Of a stretch of DNA of 64,000 bases, positions 19,143 through 29,448 are shown piece after piece; positions within the stretch are counted from its first letter, which is position 1, and every line of letters begins with the position of its first letter. The notes beneath the pieces were generated by a model that saw only the letters and a program-made list of their open reading frames with translations, was not told where the DNA came from and made no database searches. Origin of the DNA: an uncultured Candidatus Saccharibacteria bacterium (lineage in GTDB: Bacteria; Patescibacteriota; Minisyncoccia; Phycocordibacterales; WO2-35-19); NCBI GenBank assembly GCA_964489135.1, contig CAZAXK010000001.1:20615-84614 (forward strand). Reading direction: 5' to 3'. Position numbers and translations under genes: made by a program.

Positions 19143-19685
19143 ATGGATGAGGACGATATAAAAATTGAAGAAGAGATCGACGAAGATGGTGGGGCGGACC
19201 AGACAGCCACGATAAAGAAACTTCGCGAAAAGCTCAAAGAGGCCCAAAAGAAGGCCGATGAGTATTTGGTTGGCTGGCAGAAGGAGAGGGCTGATGCGGT
19301 AAACTTGCGCAAACGCCTCGAGGAAGAGAAGAAAGACTTCGCCAAGTTTGCCAAAGAAGACATCGCGACCGAAATAATCCCCGTCCTTGATTCCTTCGAA
19401 TCAGCATTCAAAAATAAAGAAGCGTGGGAGAAGGTAGACAAAAACTGGCGCATCGGGGTCGAATACATCCACACCCAACTCGTCAATGTGCTCAGTAACC
19501 ACGGCGTTTCGGTAGTCAATCCGCTAGGACAGATGTTTGATCCCCAAAGAGACGAGGCGATCGAGATTATCGAGGTAAAGGATGAGGCAGAAGATCACAA
19601 AATACTTGAGGTGGTGAGCGTCGGCTACAAGCTTCAAGACAAGCTCATCCGTGCTCCCAAGGTCAAAATCGGCCAAAAAAATTAG
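19143..19685 (+). CDS. grpE: Nucleotide exchange factor GrpE
   Basis: ADAVNLRKR, IPVLDSF, FDP, GYKL...IRAPKV; directly upstream of dnaK. Confidence 0.93.
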   Translation: MDEDDIKIEEEIDEDGGADQTATIKKLREKLKEAQKKADEYLVGWQKERADAVNLRKRLEEEKKDFAKFAKEDIATEIIPVLDSFESAFKNKEAWEKVDKNWRIGVEYIHTQLVNVLSNHGVSVVNPLGQMFDPQRDEAIEIIEVKDEAEDHKILEVVSVGYKLQDKLIRAPKVKIGQKN

Positions 19686-19769
19686 ACAATAAAATAAATT
19701 TGAAAGCCACGGATTATAGCAGTATAATTTGTGAACAAAAATTGTTATCAACCCCTAATCTTTAATGCT

Positions 19770-21638
19770 ATGTCAAAAATAATCGGAATTGATCTTGGTA
19801 CTACCAACAGTGCGGTTGCGGTCATGGAGGCAGGCAACCCAAAGATTATTGAGAACGCCGAGGGTGCTCGCACCACTCCTTCTATTGTCGCCATATCCAA
19901 AACCGGTGAGCGACTAGTCGGTCTGCTTGCAAGACGTCAGGCGGTCACCAACCCCAAAAATACCGTATTCGGCATAAAAAGATTCATCGGCCACAACTTT
20001 GAGGAAGAGGCGATCCAGAAAGACAAGACAACTGTGCCTTACGAAATGTCCAAGTCCGCGACTGGCGGTGTAAATGTAAAGATTGGCGACAAAGATCATC
20101 GACCGGAAGAGATCTCTGCCATGATCCTCGGCAAGCTCAAGGCCGATGCCGAAGCCAAGCTCGGAGAAAAAATCACTGAGGCCATCATCACCGTACCGGC
20201 CTACTTCAACGATGCTCAGCGCAAGGCCACCAAAGACGCAGGGGCAATCGCCGGCCTCGACGTAAAGCGCATAATCAACGAGCCGACAGCAGCCGCGCTC
20301 GCTTACGGATTTAATAAAAAGAAAGATGAGCAGATCGCCGTCTTCGACTTTGGTGGCGGTACCTTCGATATTTCTATTCTCGAAGTGGGGGATGATGTCG
20401 TCGAAGTAAAGTCGACCGATGGCGACAGCCACCTCGGCGGTAAAGACATCGACCAGAAGATAATCCACTGGCTCGCCGACGAATTCAAAAAGGAAAGCGG
20501 TATCGACATCACCAAAGACGCCCTCGCTCTTCAACGCCTCGACGAAGCTGCCGAGAAAGCCAAGATCGAACTCTCGACTGCGATGGAGACGGAAGTCAAT
20601 ATTCCTTTTATCACTTCCGATTCTTCCGGCCCACGACACCTGCTAATCAAAATGACCCGAGCCAAGCTCGAAGAACTCGCCGACGAATTTATCCAAAGAG
20701 CCATGGTTATCACCAAACGAGCGATCGAAGCATCACCCTTCAAGGTCGGGGACATCGATGAAGTAGTACTCGTCGGCGGTCAGACCCGCATGCCAAAAAT
20801 CGTAGAGGAAGTTAAGAAGTTTTTCGGCAAGGAACCAAACAAATCGATCAACCCCGACGAAGTGGTAGCACTAGGTGCTGCCATTCAGGGCGGTATCATC
20901 GGAGGCGACGTCAAAGACATCCTGCTCCTCGACGTTATCCCTCTTTCATTCGGTATCGAAACCATGGGCGGAGTGAACACCAAATTGATCGAGAAGAACA
21001 CGACCGTACCAGCTTCGAGAAGCCAAGTATTCTCGACAGCTGCCGACAATCAGACGAGCGTCGAGATCCATGTGGTGCAAGGTGAGCGACCGCTCGCCTC
21101 CGACAATAGGAGCTTGGGCCGATTTATACTCGACGGCATAGCACCGGCTCCGCGCGGCGTGCCTCAAGTCGAAGTTACTTTCGACATCGACGCGAACGGT
21201 ATACTAAACGTCAAAGCCAAGGACAAGGCGACGGGTAAAGAGCAGTCCATCCGCATCGAAGCATCTTCGGGCTTGTCGAGCGAGGAGATCGAGAAGATGA
21301 AGAAAGAAGCCGAAGCTCACGCTTCAGACGACCAGAAGAAGAAAGAGCTCATCGAAACTCGCAACCTCGCAGAGCAGACAATATATATCGCCGAAAAGGG
21401 CCTCAAAGACGCTGAGGGTAAAATAACCGATGAAATAAAGAGCGGGGTAGAAACCAAAATCAAAGAATTAAAGGATGTCAAAGATAAGGACGATCTTGGA
21501 ACCATCAAGACTGCGACAGAAGCTCTAGCAAGAGAGATGCAAAAGATAGGTGAGTACCTAAACAAAAACCCACAGTCGGAACCAAAAAACGACGCGCCTG
21601 CCGAGAGCTCGAGCGAGCCCGAAGCAGACAAATCCTAA
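19770..21638 (+). CDS. dnaK: Chaperone DnaK
   Basis: [34 protein letters not shown]. Confidence 0.99.
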   Translation: MSKIIGIDLGTTNSAVAVMEAGNPKIIENAEGARTTPSIVAISKTGERLVGLLARRQAVTNPKNTVFGIKRFIGHNFEEEAIQKDKTTVPYEMSKSATGGVNVKIGDKDHRPEEISAMILGKLKADAEAKLGEKITEAIITVPAYFNDAQRKATKDAGAIAGLDVKRIINEPTAAALAYGFNKKKDEQIAVFDFGGGTFDISILEVGDDVVEVKSTDGDSHLGGKDIDQKIIHWLADEFKKESGIDITKDALALQRLDEAAEKAKIELSTAMETEVNIPFITSDSSGPRHLLIKMTRAKLEELADEFIQRAMVITKRAIEASPFKVGDIDEVVLVGGQTRMPKIVEEVKKFFGKEPNKSINPDEVVALGAAIQGGIIGGDVKDILLLDVIPLSFGIETMGGVNTKLIEKNTTVPASRSQVFSTAADNQTSVEIHVVQGERPLASDNRSLGRFILDGIAPAPRGVPQVEVTFDIDANGILNVKAKDKATGKEQSIRIEASSGLSSEEIEKMKKEAEAHASDDQKKKELIETRNLAEQTIYIAEKGLKDAEGKITDEIKSGVETKIKELKDVKDKDDLGTIKTATEALAREMQKIGEYLNKNPQSEPKNDAPAESSSEPEADKS

Positions 21639-21727
21639 AAAATCTGATATAATTAGTCTACGATTCGGTATTGGTATTGATTTGTATCATTCGAATGAAT
21701 TCGTATATTTGTATCACACAATAAATT

Positions 21728-22819
21728 ATGGCAAAAAACTACTACGACATACTAGGGGTAGACAAAAAGGCGACCAAAGACGACATAAAGAAGGCCTTTC
21801 GTAAACTCGCCCACCAATATCACCCCGACAAAAAAGGCGGGGATGCTGAGAAATTCAAGGAGGTCAACGAGGCCTACTCGGTTCTTTCTGACGATCAGAA
21901 GCGCTCACAATACGACACCTACGGGCAAACTTTTGCAGGCGGTAGCGGACCAAACGGCTTCCAAGGCAACTGGCAGGACTTTGCGGAGCAATTCCGCAAT
22001 TCCGGCTTCGACTTTTCTGGTGCCCAAGGTTTTGGTGGAGCTGAATTCGATCTAGGCGACATCTTCGGCGAATTTTTCGGCGGGCGTAGACAGGAAGCCA
22101 AGCGAGGGCGCGATATTTCAATCGACATCGAGCTCTCTTTCGAGGAAGCGATATTCGGCACAGAGCGCAACATTTTGCTCAACAAGGTTTCGGTCTGTCA
22201 GACCTGCACGGGCACGGGAGGCAAGAAGGGCACTGAGATGCAGGAGTGTAAGCAGTGCAACGGTAAAGGTAAGATTCGTGAGCTCAAGCGTTCTTTCTTT
22301 GGATCGATCGAGATGACCCGCACTTGCGAAGGTTGCAGTGGCACCGGCAAAGTGCCCAAGGAAAAGTGTCCAATCTGCGACGGGCTTGGTATTCTCAAGA
22401 AGCAAGATGAGATCAAGATAAAGGTCCCCGCCGGTATCGAAAACGGCGAGATGATCCGACTTTCCGGAGCAGGCGAAGCAGTGAAAGGCGGACAGAGTGG
22501 CGACCTGTATATCAAAACCCACGTCAAGAAACACAAAACATTCCAGAAGCAGGGCAACGACTTGGTGATGAATTTGGATGTAAAGCTTTCAGATGCCCTT
22601 CTCGGTGCCGAATACCAAATAGAGACACTCGACGGCAAAGTCGGTCTCAAAATACCGGAAGGCGCGAATACCGGAGAAATACTTCAGATAAAAGGCCGGG
22701 GCGTCCCGAACGGCAATCGTAGAGGCGATATACTGGTTCACCTCAAAGTGGCTCTACCCAAAAAGCTCAATAAATCAGCAAGGAATCTTATCGAAAAGCT
22801 CAAAGAAGAGGGGATTTAG
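21728..22819 (+). CDS. dnaJ: Chaperone DnaJ
   Basis: J domain with HPD, G/F region, four CxxCxGxG motifs. Confidence 0.98.
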   Translation: MAKNYYDILGVDKKATKDDIKKAFRKLAHQYHPDKKGGDAEKFKEVNEAYSVLSDDQKRSQYDTYGQTFAGGSGPNGFQGNWQDFAEQFRNSGFDFSGAQGFGGAEFDLGDIFGEFFGGRRQEAKRGRDISIDIELSFEEAIFGTERNILLNKVSVCQTCTGTGGKKGTEMQECKQCNGKGKIRELKRSFFGSIEMTRTCEGCSGTGKVPKEKCPICDGLGILKKQDEIKIKVPAGIENGEMIRLSGAGEAVKGGQSGDLYIKTHVKKHKTFQKQGNDLVMNLDVKLSDALLGAEYQIETLDGKVGLKIPEGANTGEILQIKGRGVPNGNRRGDILVHLKVALPKKLNKSARNLIEKLKEEGI

Positions 22820-22856
22820 CCCAATGGTCAAGCATTAGGGGATGGATTTTTGGTAC

Positions 22857-23011
22857 AAAAAAAGGAGGGTCCCGGAGCTCTAGGAGCTACAACGACACCC
22901 TCCACCACGGCCGCCCGCCGAACTAAAGAACTTGAGGGCAAGCAAAGAGCAATTAAAGTGCTCGGATCTTTGGAGCGGGACATTTGTCCCTATCCCTCAC
23001 GTGCCTGCCCC
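22857..23011 (-). ncRNA. Candidate ~155-nt structured small RNA of unknown family
   Basis: Own TTGACA-17-TAGTCT promoter, multi-stem 5' domain, GC-rich terminator followed by U7. Confidence 0.6.
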
Positions 23012-23017
23012 ACAGAA

Positions 23018-23046
23018 AGACTACACCCCTGCCCAAAACGTGTCAA
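23018..23046 (-). promoter_or_regulatory. Sigma70-type promoter of the candidate sRNA
   Basis: TTGACA (23046-23041), 17-nt spacer, TAGTCT (23023-23018). Confidence 0.7.
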
Positions 23047-23092
23047 GCATAGAGCGGTGTGCACAACTTTGGGGACCTGTTATAATAAACTC

Positions 23093-23488
23093 ATGAAAAA
23101 ATATTATTTTGAAAATATCGAGGAGGCCACGAAAGAGAACGACAACTTCCGCAAGGTCGTCTTTACTGGTCCACATAGCCAAGTGGTGCTTATGTCGCTT
23201 TTACCCGGCGAGGATATCGGAGCAGAAGTTCACACAGTTGACCAATTCTTCCGAATTGAAGCCGGTGAAGGCAAGGGGATTGTCGACGGCGAAGAATTTG
23301 ATGTTAGCGACGGCTCAGCCGTGCTCGTACCAGCCGGACTTGAGCACAATTTCATCAACACCGGATCAACCGAGCTCAAGCTCTACACCATCTACTCGCC
23401 AGCCAATCACATAGACGGTCGAATCCACAAAACCAAATCCGAAGCAATGTCCGACACCGAAGACGAAGAGTTTGGGCATAGCAATTAG
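23093..23488 (+). CDS. Cupin domain protein
   Basis: IGAEVH..DQFFRIE, VPAGLEHN, LYTIYSP. TATAAT lies 6 nt before ATG 23093. Confidence 0.88.
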   Translation: MKKYYFENIEEATKENDNFRKVVFTGPHSQVVLMSLLPGEDIGAEVHTVDQFFRIEAGEGKGIVDGEEFDVSDGSAVLVPAGLEHNFINTGSTELKLYTIYSPANHIDGRIHKTKSEAMSDTEDEEFGHSN

Positions 23489-23489
23489 A

Positions 23490-23867
23490 ATGCATTTTGG
23501 AGAACATCTCACAATAGATGGCTACAGAGGTTCAAAAGAGAAGCTCGACAACAAGGAGCTTGTAATGAGGTGCCTCGACGAATTGCCCGAACTGCTCGGG
23601 ATGCACAAGCTTTCGAAGCCCGAGATATACCGAGCCGAGGGTAATGACAAGAAGGATCCGGGTGGCTGGAGCGGATTTGTGGTTATTGAGGAAAGCCATA
23701 TAAGCGTTCACACTTTCCCTGAAAGAGAGTTTGTCAGCGCCGACGTTTATACCTGCAAAAACGGCATGGACAATGAATTTATCCTGTCATTTTTCAAATC
23801 CACTTTTGACCTTCAGGAGATAGAACATAACTTTATAATAAGAGGTACAAAATATGAATCCAATTAA
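23490..23867 (+). CDS. speD: Pyruvoyl-dependent S-adenosylmethionine decarboxylase family protein
   Basis: GEHLTID, autocleavage motif EESHISVHTFPE, DVYTC. Confidence 0.8.
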   Translation: MHFGEHLTIDGYRGSKEKLDNKELVMRCLDELPELLGMHKLSKPEIYRAEGNDKKDPGGWSGFVVIEESHISVHTFPEREFVSADVYTCKNGMDNEFILSFFKSTFDLQEIEHNFIIRGTKYESN

Positions 23868-24000
23868 GATAGACAAAAAATCAAAATTTTTATTTGCAAT
23901 TTTCTTTATTTTTTTTGTAATTTCAGTCGTCCTCACTTACAAAAGATATATTTCTGACAGAAATTTTGATGTTATCAGTTCAGAACCAGCCGAAGGCTGA
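23854..24000 (+). CDS. 48-aa single-TM protein (not in the ORF track)
   Basis: MNPIKIDKKSKFLFAIFFIFFVISVVLTYKRYISDRNFDVISSEPAEG; fills the gap between its neighbours. Confidence 0.55.
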   Translation: MNPIKIDKKSKFLFAIFFIFFVISVVLTYKRYISDRNFDVISSEPAEG

Positions 24001-24008
24001 TAGTCATT

Positions 24009-24593
24009 ATGATAATATTTGAAACGGCACGATTATTCGGGCTCATCGCAGGTGTTATCTCTTTTCTTGCTTATCTGGTATACATTATTTCTATCTTAAA
24101 GGGGAAAACAAGACCTAATAGGGCAACATGGTGGATTCTAACATTTGTTGGAACGGTGACCGGCCTGAGCTATTACTTTTCCGGAGCCACAGAAACCATC
24201 TGGGTTGCCATAGCGGATGTATTTGGAATACTCATAATAGCAATCCTGTCTATAAAGTACGGCGAGGGCGGAAAAAATAAACTAGACATCACCTGTTTTT
24301 TTGTATCCATATTTAGCCTAGTAATTTGGTACCTGTCGGGTAGTCCTGTTGTAGCCCTTATTATGAACTTACTAATGGATTTTGTAGGCAATATTCCAAC
24401 AATCAAAAAATCCTATCTTGACCCCAAGGGAGAGAGTGGCCTTTCTTGGTCCCTTACCTCTTTAGGCAACATAATAAATTTCGGAGCAATTACTTCCATG
24501 TCCTTCGGTGTTCTTATTTACCCGATATACATGACTGTGGTGAGTTGCCTCATTACCATTTTGCTCTATCGAAATAAGATCTGCTTCCGATAA
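24009..24593 (+). CDS. Multi-pass membrane protein (PQ-loop-like internal repeat)
   Basis: About 6-7 hydrophobic segments; KGKTRPNRATW and PTIKKSYLDP. Confidence 0.65.
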   Translation: MIIFETARLFGLIAGVISFLAYLVYIISILKGKTRPNRATWWILTFVGTVTGLSYYFSGATETIWVAIADVFGILIIAILSIKYGEGGKNKLDITCFFVSIFSLVIWYLSGSPVVALIMNLLMDFVGNIPTIKKSYLDPKGESGLSWSLTSLGNIINFGAITSMSFGVLIYPIYMTVVSCLITILLYRNKICFR

Positions 24594-24594
24594 A

Positions 24595-24996
24595 CTAAAT
24601 CAATTCCTGCCTAGACATGCCATGCCTAGCAAAATAATCTGAGTCGAACATAAAATAGTCACAAAGAAATTCATCACCCGGCTGAATATCAGTAGACGCA
24701 ACATCCTGTCTCGGTGTTGAGGCAATATTTATTAGTTCTTTTTTTTCCGAGTGGTTTATATATCTCTGATCATCAGCACATAGAACAAATTTGTTTAGTT
24801 CCGCATCGAAATATGCGTATTTGTACATATATTCTCTGTTGATTTCTGGAAGATTATCGATCTCTTCCTTGGTCAAACACATATCCATGCTCGAGTCATA
24901 TTTCCATGTAACGGTTCCCGCTTTAATAAACTGGTCGGCAAAAAGACCCCAACCATGAATATTGCTTTTGCCAATTTTGGCTTTTACTCTCAACAT
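24595..24996 (-). CDS. SET domain protein
   Basis: SNIHGWGLFA, YINHS, DIQPGDEFLCDY. Confidence 0.88.
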   Translation of the reverse strand: MLRVKAKIGKSNIHGWGLFADQFIKAGTVTWKYDSSMDMCLTKEEIDNLPEINREYMYKYAYFDAELNKFVLCADDQRYINHSEKKELINIASTPRQDVASTDIQPGDEFLCDYFMFDSDYFARHGMSRQELI

Positions 24997-25036
24997 AATG
25001 AATGGTTTTTAAAAATTAAGCTCTTATAATACGAAC

Positions 25037-26692
25037 ATGGAAATACCTTTTTGTGGTCCAATAAACGCATTATACCTGATTCTTTCTCCCAATGTTCCAG
25101 CCTTTGTGTATTATTCTCATTTTATAGCCATCGCTTCTTCTCTCGTCCTTATTTTATACATTGCAAGGTTTAACCAGAATCGATCAGTCGGAAAGGTAGT
25201 GTTATTTACTTTTACATCATTTTTGACGTGGGTGGTTTCTGCCATAATATTTTGGGCTAGCAATCGCGGAGATGTAATTATGTTTACATGGTCGTTAGAT
25301 ATACTTGTTGAACCTCTCGTCTATATTGGGGGATTTTATCTGCTTTATATGACCTTCGAGAAAAGAGACCTCCCCTTTAAAGCAAAAATGTTCCTGTTTT
25401 TTGCATATTTACCAATGCTGATTTTTATATCGACAAAATATACATTGTCACAATTTGATGTTAGCACATGTCTCGTTACCGAAGGCTTTATAGCTAAATA
25501 TTACACTTATGCACTGGAGGCGCTGATGACGATAATCATCATCTGCTATTCGGTTCACCGATACAAAAACCCAAAAGATCTAAACAAAAAAGAAATAGTG
25601 TCTCTGTCAGCAGGAATCATATTATTCTTATTTGCCTTTGCTTGGGGAAACATAATCGGTAGCTTTACAGACAATTGGCAGTTGGGCCAGTATGGATTAT
25701 TTGGAATGCCCATATTTACCGGCTTCCTAGCATATTCGATAGTAAAATTCAGAACTTTTAATATAAAGCTTATCGGGACACAGGCATTGGTTGTCGCATT
25801 ATGGATAACGTTATTCGCTGTCTTGTTCATAAGAACAATCGAGAACGTGCGTGTAGTTACATCTCTGACCCTAATATTATTCTTAATAATAGGCATGGTA
25901 TTGATCCGCTCGGTCAAACGCGAAGTGGAGCAACGAGAAAAAATTGAAAAGCTCGCTATTGATTTGGAGCGGGCGAATGAGAAGCTGACCGAGCTTGATC
26001 AGATGAAGACCGAGTTCCTCTCGCTTGCCACTCACCAGATCAGAAGCCCGCTCACTGCGATCAAAGGTTACTCCTCAATGCTTCTTGAGGGCGATTTCGG
26101 CGAGCTCTCGATTAAATCGAAAGGGGCGATAAAAACTATTTTTGCATCTTGTCAGCACCTTATCGATATTGTCGAGGACTTCCTCAATATTTCTCGTATT
26201 GAGCAAGGCAGGATGGTCTACAACAAAGAAAAGTTGAGTTTGAAGGATCTGGCCAAGGAGGCGACAACCGAGCTTTTGCCCAACGCCGAAAAGAAAGGAT
26301 TGAAAATCGATCTCCAAACCACAGACACAGCCCCGATCTCGGTCAATGCCGACAAGAACAAACTCAAACAAATTTTGCACGACCTCGTCGACAATGCGAT
26401 CAAATACACCAGAGCCGGCAACATTGAAGTACGGGTTTGGCGCGATCATGAGGACGCTTTTGTGTCAGTCAAAGATACTGGAGTAGGGATGGACCCCAAA
26501 GACATGGAACGGCTTTTCAACAAATTTTCCCGAGCAAAAGACGCCTTCAAACAAGATGTTACCGGCACCGGCCTCGGGCTGTATATCGCTCAAAAAATGA
26601 CGGAGGCCCATGGAGGCAAAATAACAGCCGAAAGTCAGGGGCGAGGCAAGGGCTCGACCTTCACGATTGTCCTGCCTCTCGCGACGGGGTAA
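25037..26692 (+). CDS. Membrane-bound sensor histidine kinase
   Basis: Multi-TM N-terminus; H box THQIRSPL, DNAIKY, DTGVG, GTGLGL. Confidence 0.93.
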   Translation: MEIPFCGPINALYLILSPNVPAFVYYSHFIAIASSLVLILYIARFNQNRSVGKVVLFTFTSFLTWVVSAIIFWASNRGDVIMFTWSLDILVEPLVYIGGFYLLYMTFEKRDLPFKAKMFLFFAYLPMLIFISTKYTLSQFDVSTCLVTEGFIAKYYTYALEALMTIIIICYSVHRYKNPKDLNKKEIVSLSAGIILFLFAFAWGNIIGSFTDNWQLGQYGLFGMPIFTGFLAYSIVKFRTFNIKLIGTQALVVALWITLFAVLFIRTIENVRVVTSLTLILFLIIGMVLIRSVKREVEQREKIEKLAIDLERANEKLTELDQMKTEFLSLATHQIRSPLTAIKGYSSMLLEGDFGELSIKSKGAIKTIFASCQHLIDIVEDFLNISRIEQGRMVYNKEKLSLKDLAKEATTELLPNAEKKGLKIDLQTTDTAPISVNADKNKLKQILHDLVDNAIKYTRAGNIEVRVWRDHEDAFVSVKDTGVGMDPKDMERLFNKFSRAKDAFKQDVTGTGLGLYIAQKMTEAHGGKITAESQGRGKGSTFTIVLPLATG

Positions 26693-26701
26693 AATGGGCG
26701 A

Positions 26702-28357
26702 ATGACACAGAAGGAAGCTCTGCAAATATTGAAGACTGGACGCAACGTCTTTCTTACCGGCGCGGCCGGTAGCGGCAAAACCCACACCTTGCGGGAATAT
26801 ATTGGCTATCTGCGCGACCTCGGCGCAAGCTTCGGCCTATCGGCCTCAACCGGTATTGCTGCTACCCACATGGGTGGCATCACGGTCCATTCTTGGAGCG
26901 GAATCGGTATCAACGATTATTTGAGCAAAAAGGAGGTCGAGGAGATTGCCGAAAAGAGCCACATTCGTCGCAATATCGCCGATACCGACGTTTTGATCAT
27001 CGACGAGATATCGATGTTGCACCACTATCAACTAGACATGATCGACGCAGTGGTCAGGAAAGTCAAAGGAGTGGATGCGCCTTTCGGCGGAATGCAAGTG
27101 GTTTTCTCCGGCGACTTTTTCCAACTGCCACCGGTAGGCAAGAGGGATACACCAACCCTCTTTGGCTATCATTCAAAGGTTTGGCAAGAAATGGATATCA
27201 AGATCTGCTACCTCGACGAACAGCACCGACAGAACGATTCTGACTACCTAAAAATATTGAACTCCATCCGCAACAACTCAGTCACTCCCGAGGTTATCGA
27301 GACGCTCCAAAGTCGCTTCAACCAAAGTATCGACGGATTTGGCGAGCCGACCAAACTCTACTCTCACAACAAAGATGTCGATTACGAAAACGAACTTGAG
27401 CTCAGAGGTATTTCCGGCAAAACTTTCGAATATACAATGGAGTTGCGAGGCCCGAGGAAACTCGTGGAGATATTGAAGAAGAGCTGTCTTGCACCCGAGG
27501 CGCTCCGAATCAAGAAAGGGGCAAAGGTCATGTTCGTCAAAAACAAGTTTGAAGCCGGTTTTGTAAATGGCACACTCGGCATAGTTGAGGATTGCGACCG
27601 AGAGCATATCAAAGTCCTAACGGTCGACGGTCGACACATCGACGTAGAACCCGAGAGTTGGAATATCGAGGAAGACGGCAAAGTCAGAGCAAGTGTCAGC
27701 CAATATCCGCTCCGACTAGCGTGGGCAATAACGATCCACAAAAGCCAAGGCATGTCGCTTGATTGCGCCCAAATCGACCTTGCCCACCCCTTCGAAAAGG
27801 GCATGGGCTACGTCGCACTCTCGCGGTTGCGCTCACTAGGTGGACTTTCACTCCTAGGACTCAATCAAAAAGCACTTGAGGTTAGTGGAGAGGTGCTTGA
27901 ATGGGACAGACATTTTAGAAAATTGTCGGATGAGAACAGTCGCAAGATATCGCGACTGGAAGATCGACTACGTACCATGCAAGATGATTGGGAAAAGAAG
28001 GTTGGCTTGAATGCCAACAAAAAAACCAAGAAAGTCAGAGTAGACACAGCCCTAGAAACTCTTGCGCTTCTGCAAGCGGGCTTTGATATAAGCGAAATCG
28101 CTACTATGCGCAACAAAAAGCCAGAGACCATCCTCTCCCACATCGAAAAACTGAAAGAAAAGGGGATGGTCAAAAACAAAGATTTGGCCCAACTCAAAGA
28201 CAAGATCTCACTTGCCAAATTTCGAGCTATTTCGAGCGCCTTTCATAAAGTGGGCATAGAGCAAGGCGAGCGTAATTATCGCCTTTCCAAAGCCAAAGAC
28301 CTCCTCGGCAACACCTACTCTTTCGACGACCTACGCTTGGTCCGTTTGTTTTTATAG
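26702..28357 (+). CDS. PIF1-family helicase with C-terminal HTH
   Basis: GAAGSGKT, IIDEISM, GDFFQLPPV, AITIHKSQG, YVALSR. Confidence 0.9.
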   Translation: MTQKEALQILKTGRNVFLTGAAGSGKTHTLREYIGYLRDLGASFGLSASTGIAATHMGGITVHSWSGIGINDYLSKKEVEEIAEKSHIRRNIADTDVLIIDEISMLHHYQLDMIDAVVRKVKGVDAPFGGMQVVFSGDFFQLPPVGKRDTPTLFGYHSKVWQEMDIKICYLDEQHRQNDSDYLKILNSIRNNSVTPEVIETLQSRFNQSIDGFGEPTKLYSHNKDVDYENELELRGISGKTFEYTMELRGPRKLVEILKKSCLAPEALRIKKGAKVMFVKNKFEAGFVNGTLGIVEDCDREHIKVLTVDGRHIDVEPESWNIEEDGKVRASVSQYPLRLAWAITIHKSQGMSLDCAQIDLAHPFEKGMGYVALSRLRSLGGLSLLGLNQKALEVSGEVLEWDRHFRKLSDENSRKISRLEDRLRTMQDDWEKKVGLNANKKTKKVRVDTALETLALLQAGFDISEIATMRNKKPETILSHIEKLKEKGMVKNKDLAQLKDKISLAKFRAISSAFHKVGIEQGERNYRLSKAKDLLGNTYSFDDLRLVRLFL

Positions 28358-28381
28358 CTCGCTTTTTGTATCATTGGCTAT

Positions 28382-29329
28382 ATGAAAACCATATTCTCCG
28401 GAATCAAGCCGACTGGACGCCCACACTTGGGCAACTATTTTGGCATGATGCGAGAGCATTTATCGCTGCAAAATGAAGGTTTGGTATACGCATCAATCGT
28501 CGACTATCATGCTCTCAACTTTATTCAAAACGCCGAGGAGATGCACACGCTTACCCGCGAGCTCATCGTCGACTACCTCGCACTCGGCTTCGACACCGAA
28601 AAACATATCCTCTTCAAACAGTCCGACGTCCCAGAGCACACCGAGCTTGCTTGGATATTTGATACCATCACCACCGTCCCTTACCTCAAACGCGCTCACG
28701 CTTACAAAGACGCAGTCGCCAAAGGTGGCGAGGAAGATGTAAGTGTAGGCACATTCAATTACCCAATGCTCATGGCGGCGGATATATTGCTTTATGACAC
28801 AGACATAGTGCCAGTAGGGCAGGACCAGAAGCAGCATGTTGAATTTGCCCGCGATACGGCCGAGAAATTTAACAGAATATATGGTGAGACATTCAAACTT
28901 CCTGATGTGAAAATAATCGAAGGAGTAGAAGTAGTCCCTGGTACTGACGGGCGCAAGATGAGCAAGAGCTACGGCAACACCATCCCACTATTTGCTACCG
29001 ATGAGGAGATTGTCGAAAAAGTGATGAGTATAGTCACAGACTCGAGCGGCGACCGACCGGAGAATGTGTACGCCATCCACAAACTATTTAAATTGGAATC
29101 TGAGCTCGCTTCAGTGTACGAAGAAAACAAAGGCAAGTATAAAAATCTAAAAGAAATATTGATCGAAGATATCAAGAACTTCATCGCTCCGCTTAGAGAG
29201 AAGAGGGGGGGAATAGCCAAGGACGACGCTTTGATAGCTAGAGTAATAGAATCAGGCAAAGAAAAAGCCCGCGCCAAGGCGAGCGAAAAGATGCAGGAGG
29301 TAAAGAGAGCTATCGGTGTTTTGAGTTAG
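28382..29329 (+). CDS. trpS: Tryptophan-tRNA ligase
   Basis: SGIKPTGRPHLGN, YPMLMAADI, VPVGQDQKQH, KMSKS. Confidence 0.97.
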   Translation: MKTIFSGIKPTGRPHLGNYFGMMREHLSLQNEGLVYASIVDYHALNFIQNAEEMHTLTRELIVDYLALGFDTEKHILFKQSDVPEHTELAWIFDTITTVPYLKRAHAYKDAVAKGGEEDVSVGTFNYPMLMAADILLYDTDIVPVGQDQKQHVEFARDTAEKFNRIYGETFKLPDVKIIEGVEVVPGTDGRKMSKSYGNTIPLFATDEEIVEKVMSIVTDSSGDRPENVYAIHKLFKLESELASVYEENKGKYKNLKEILIEDIKNFIAPLREKRGGIAKDDALIARVIESGKEKARAKASEKMQEVKRAIGVLS

Positions 29330-29439
29330 CTCTCTTTACCGTTATCGCCCCCACCGCAAAATATCCAGTAAAGGACGATGAAAGAGGCGCACGCGACCCC
29401 AAGCAGGATCGCCAGTTCCCATACACTCAATTGGAACAT
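29326..29439 (-). CDS. Possible 37-aa single-TM peptide (not in the ORF track)
   Basis: MFQLSVWELAILLGVACASFIVLYWIFCGGGDNGKES; AGGT lies 4 nt before the ATG. Confidence 0.4.
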   Translation of the reverse strand: MFQLSVWELAILLGVACASFIVLYWIFCGGGDNGKES

Positions 29440-29448
29440 AATACCTAT

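Noticed and set aside
22850-23092. 81-aa N-terminal extension of the cupin ORF
   Set aside because: It is low-quality sequence overlapping the candidate sRNA; ATG 23093 has a properly placed TATAAT.
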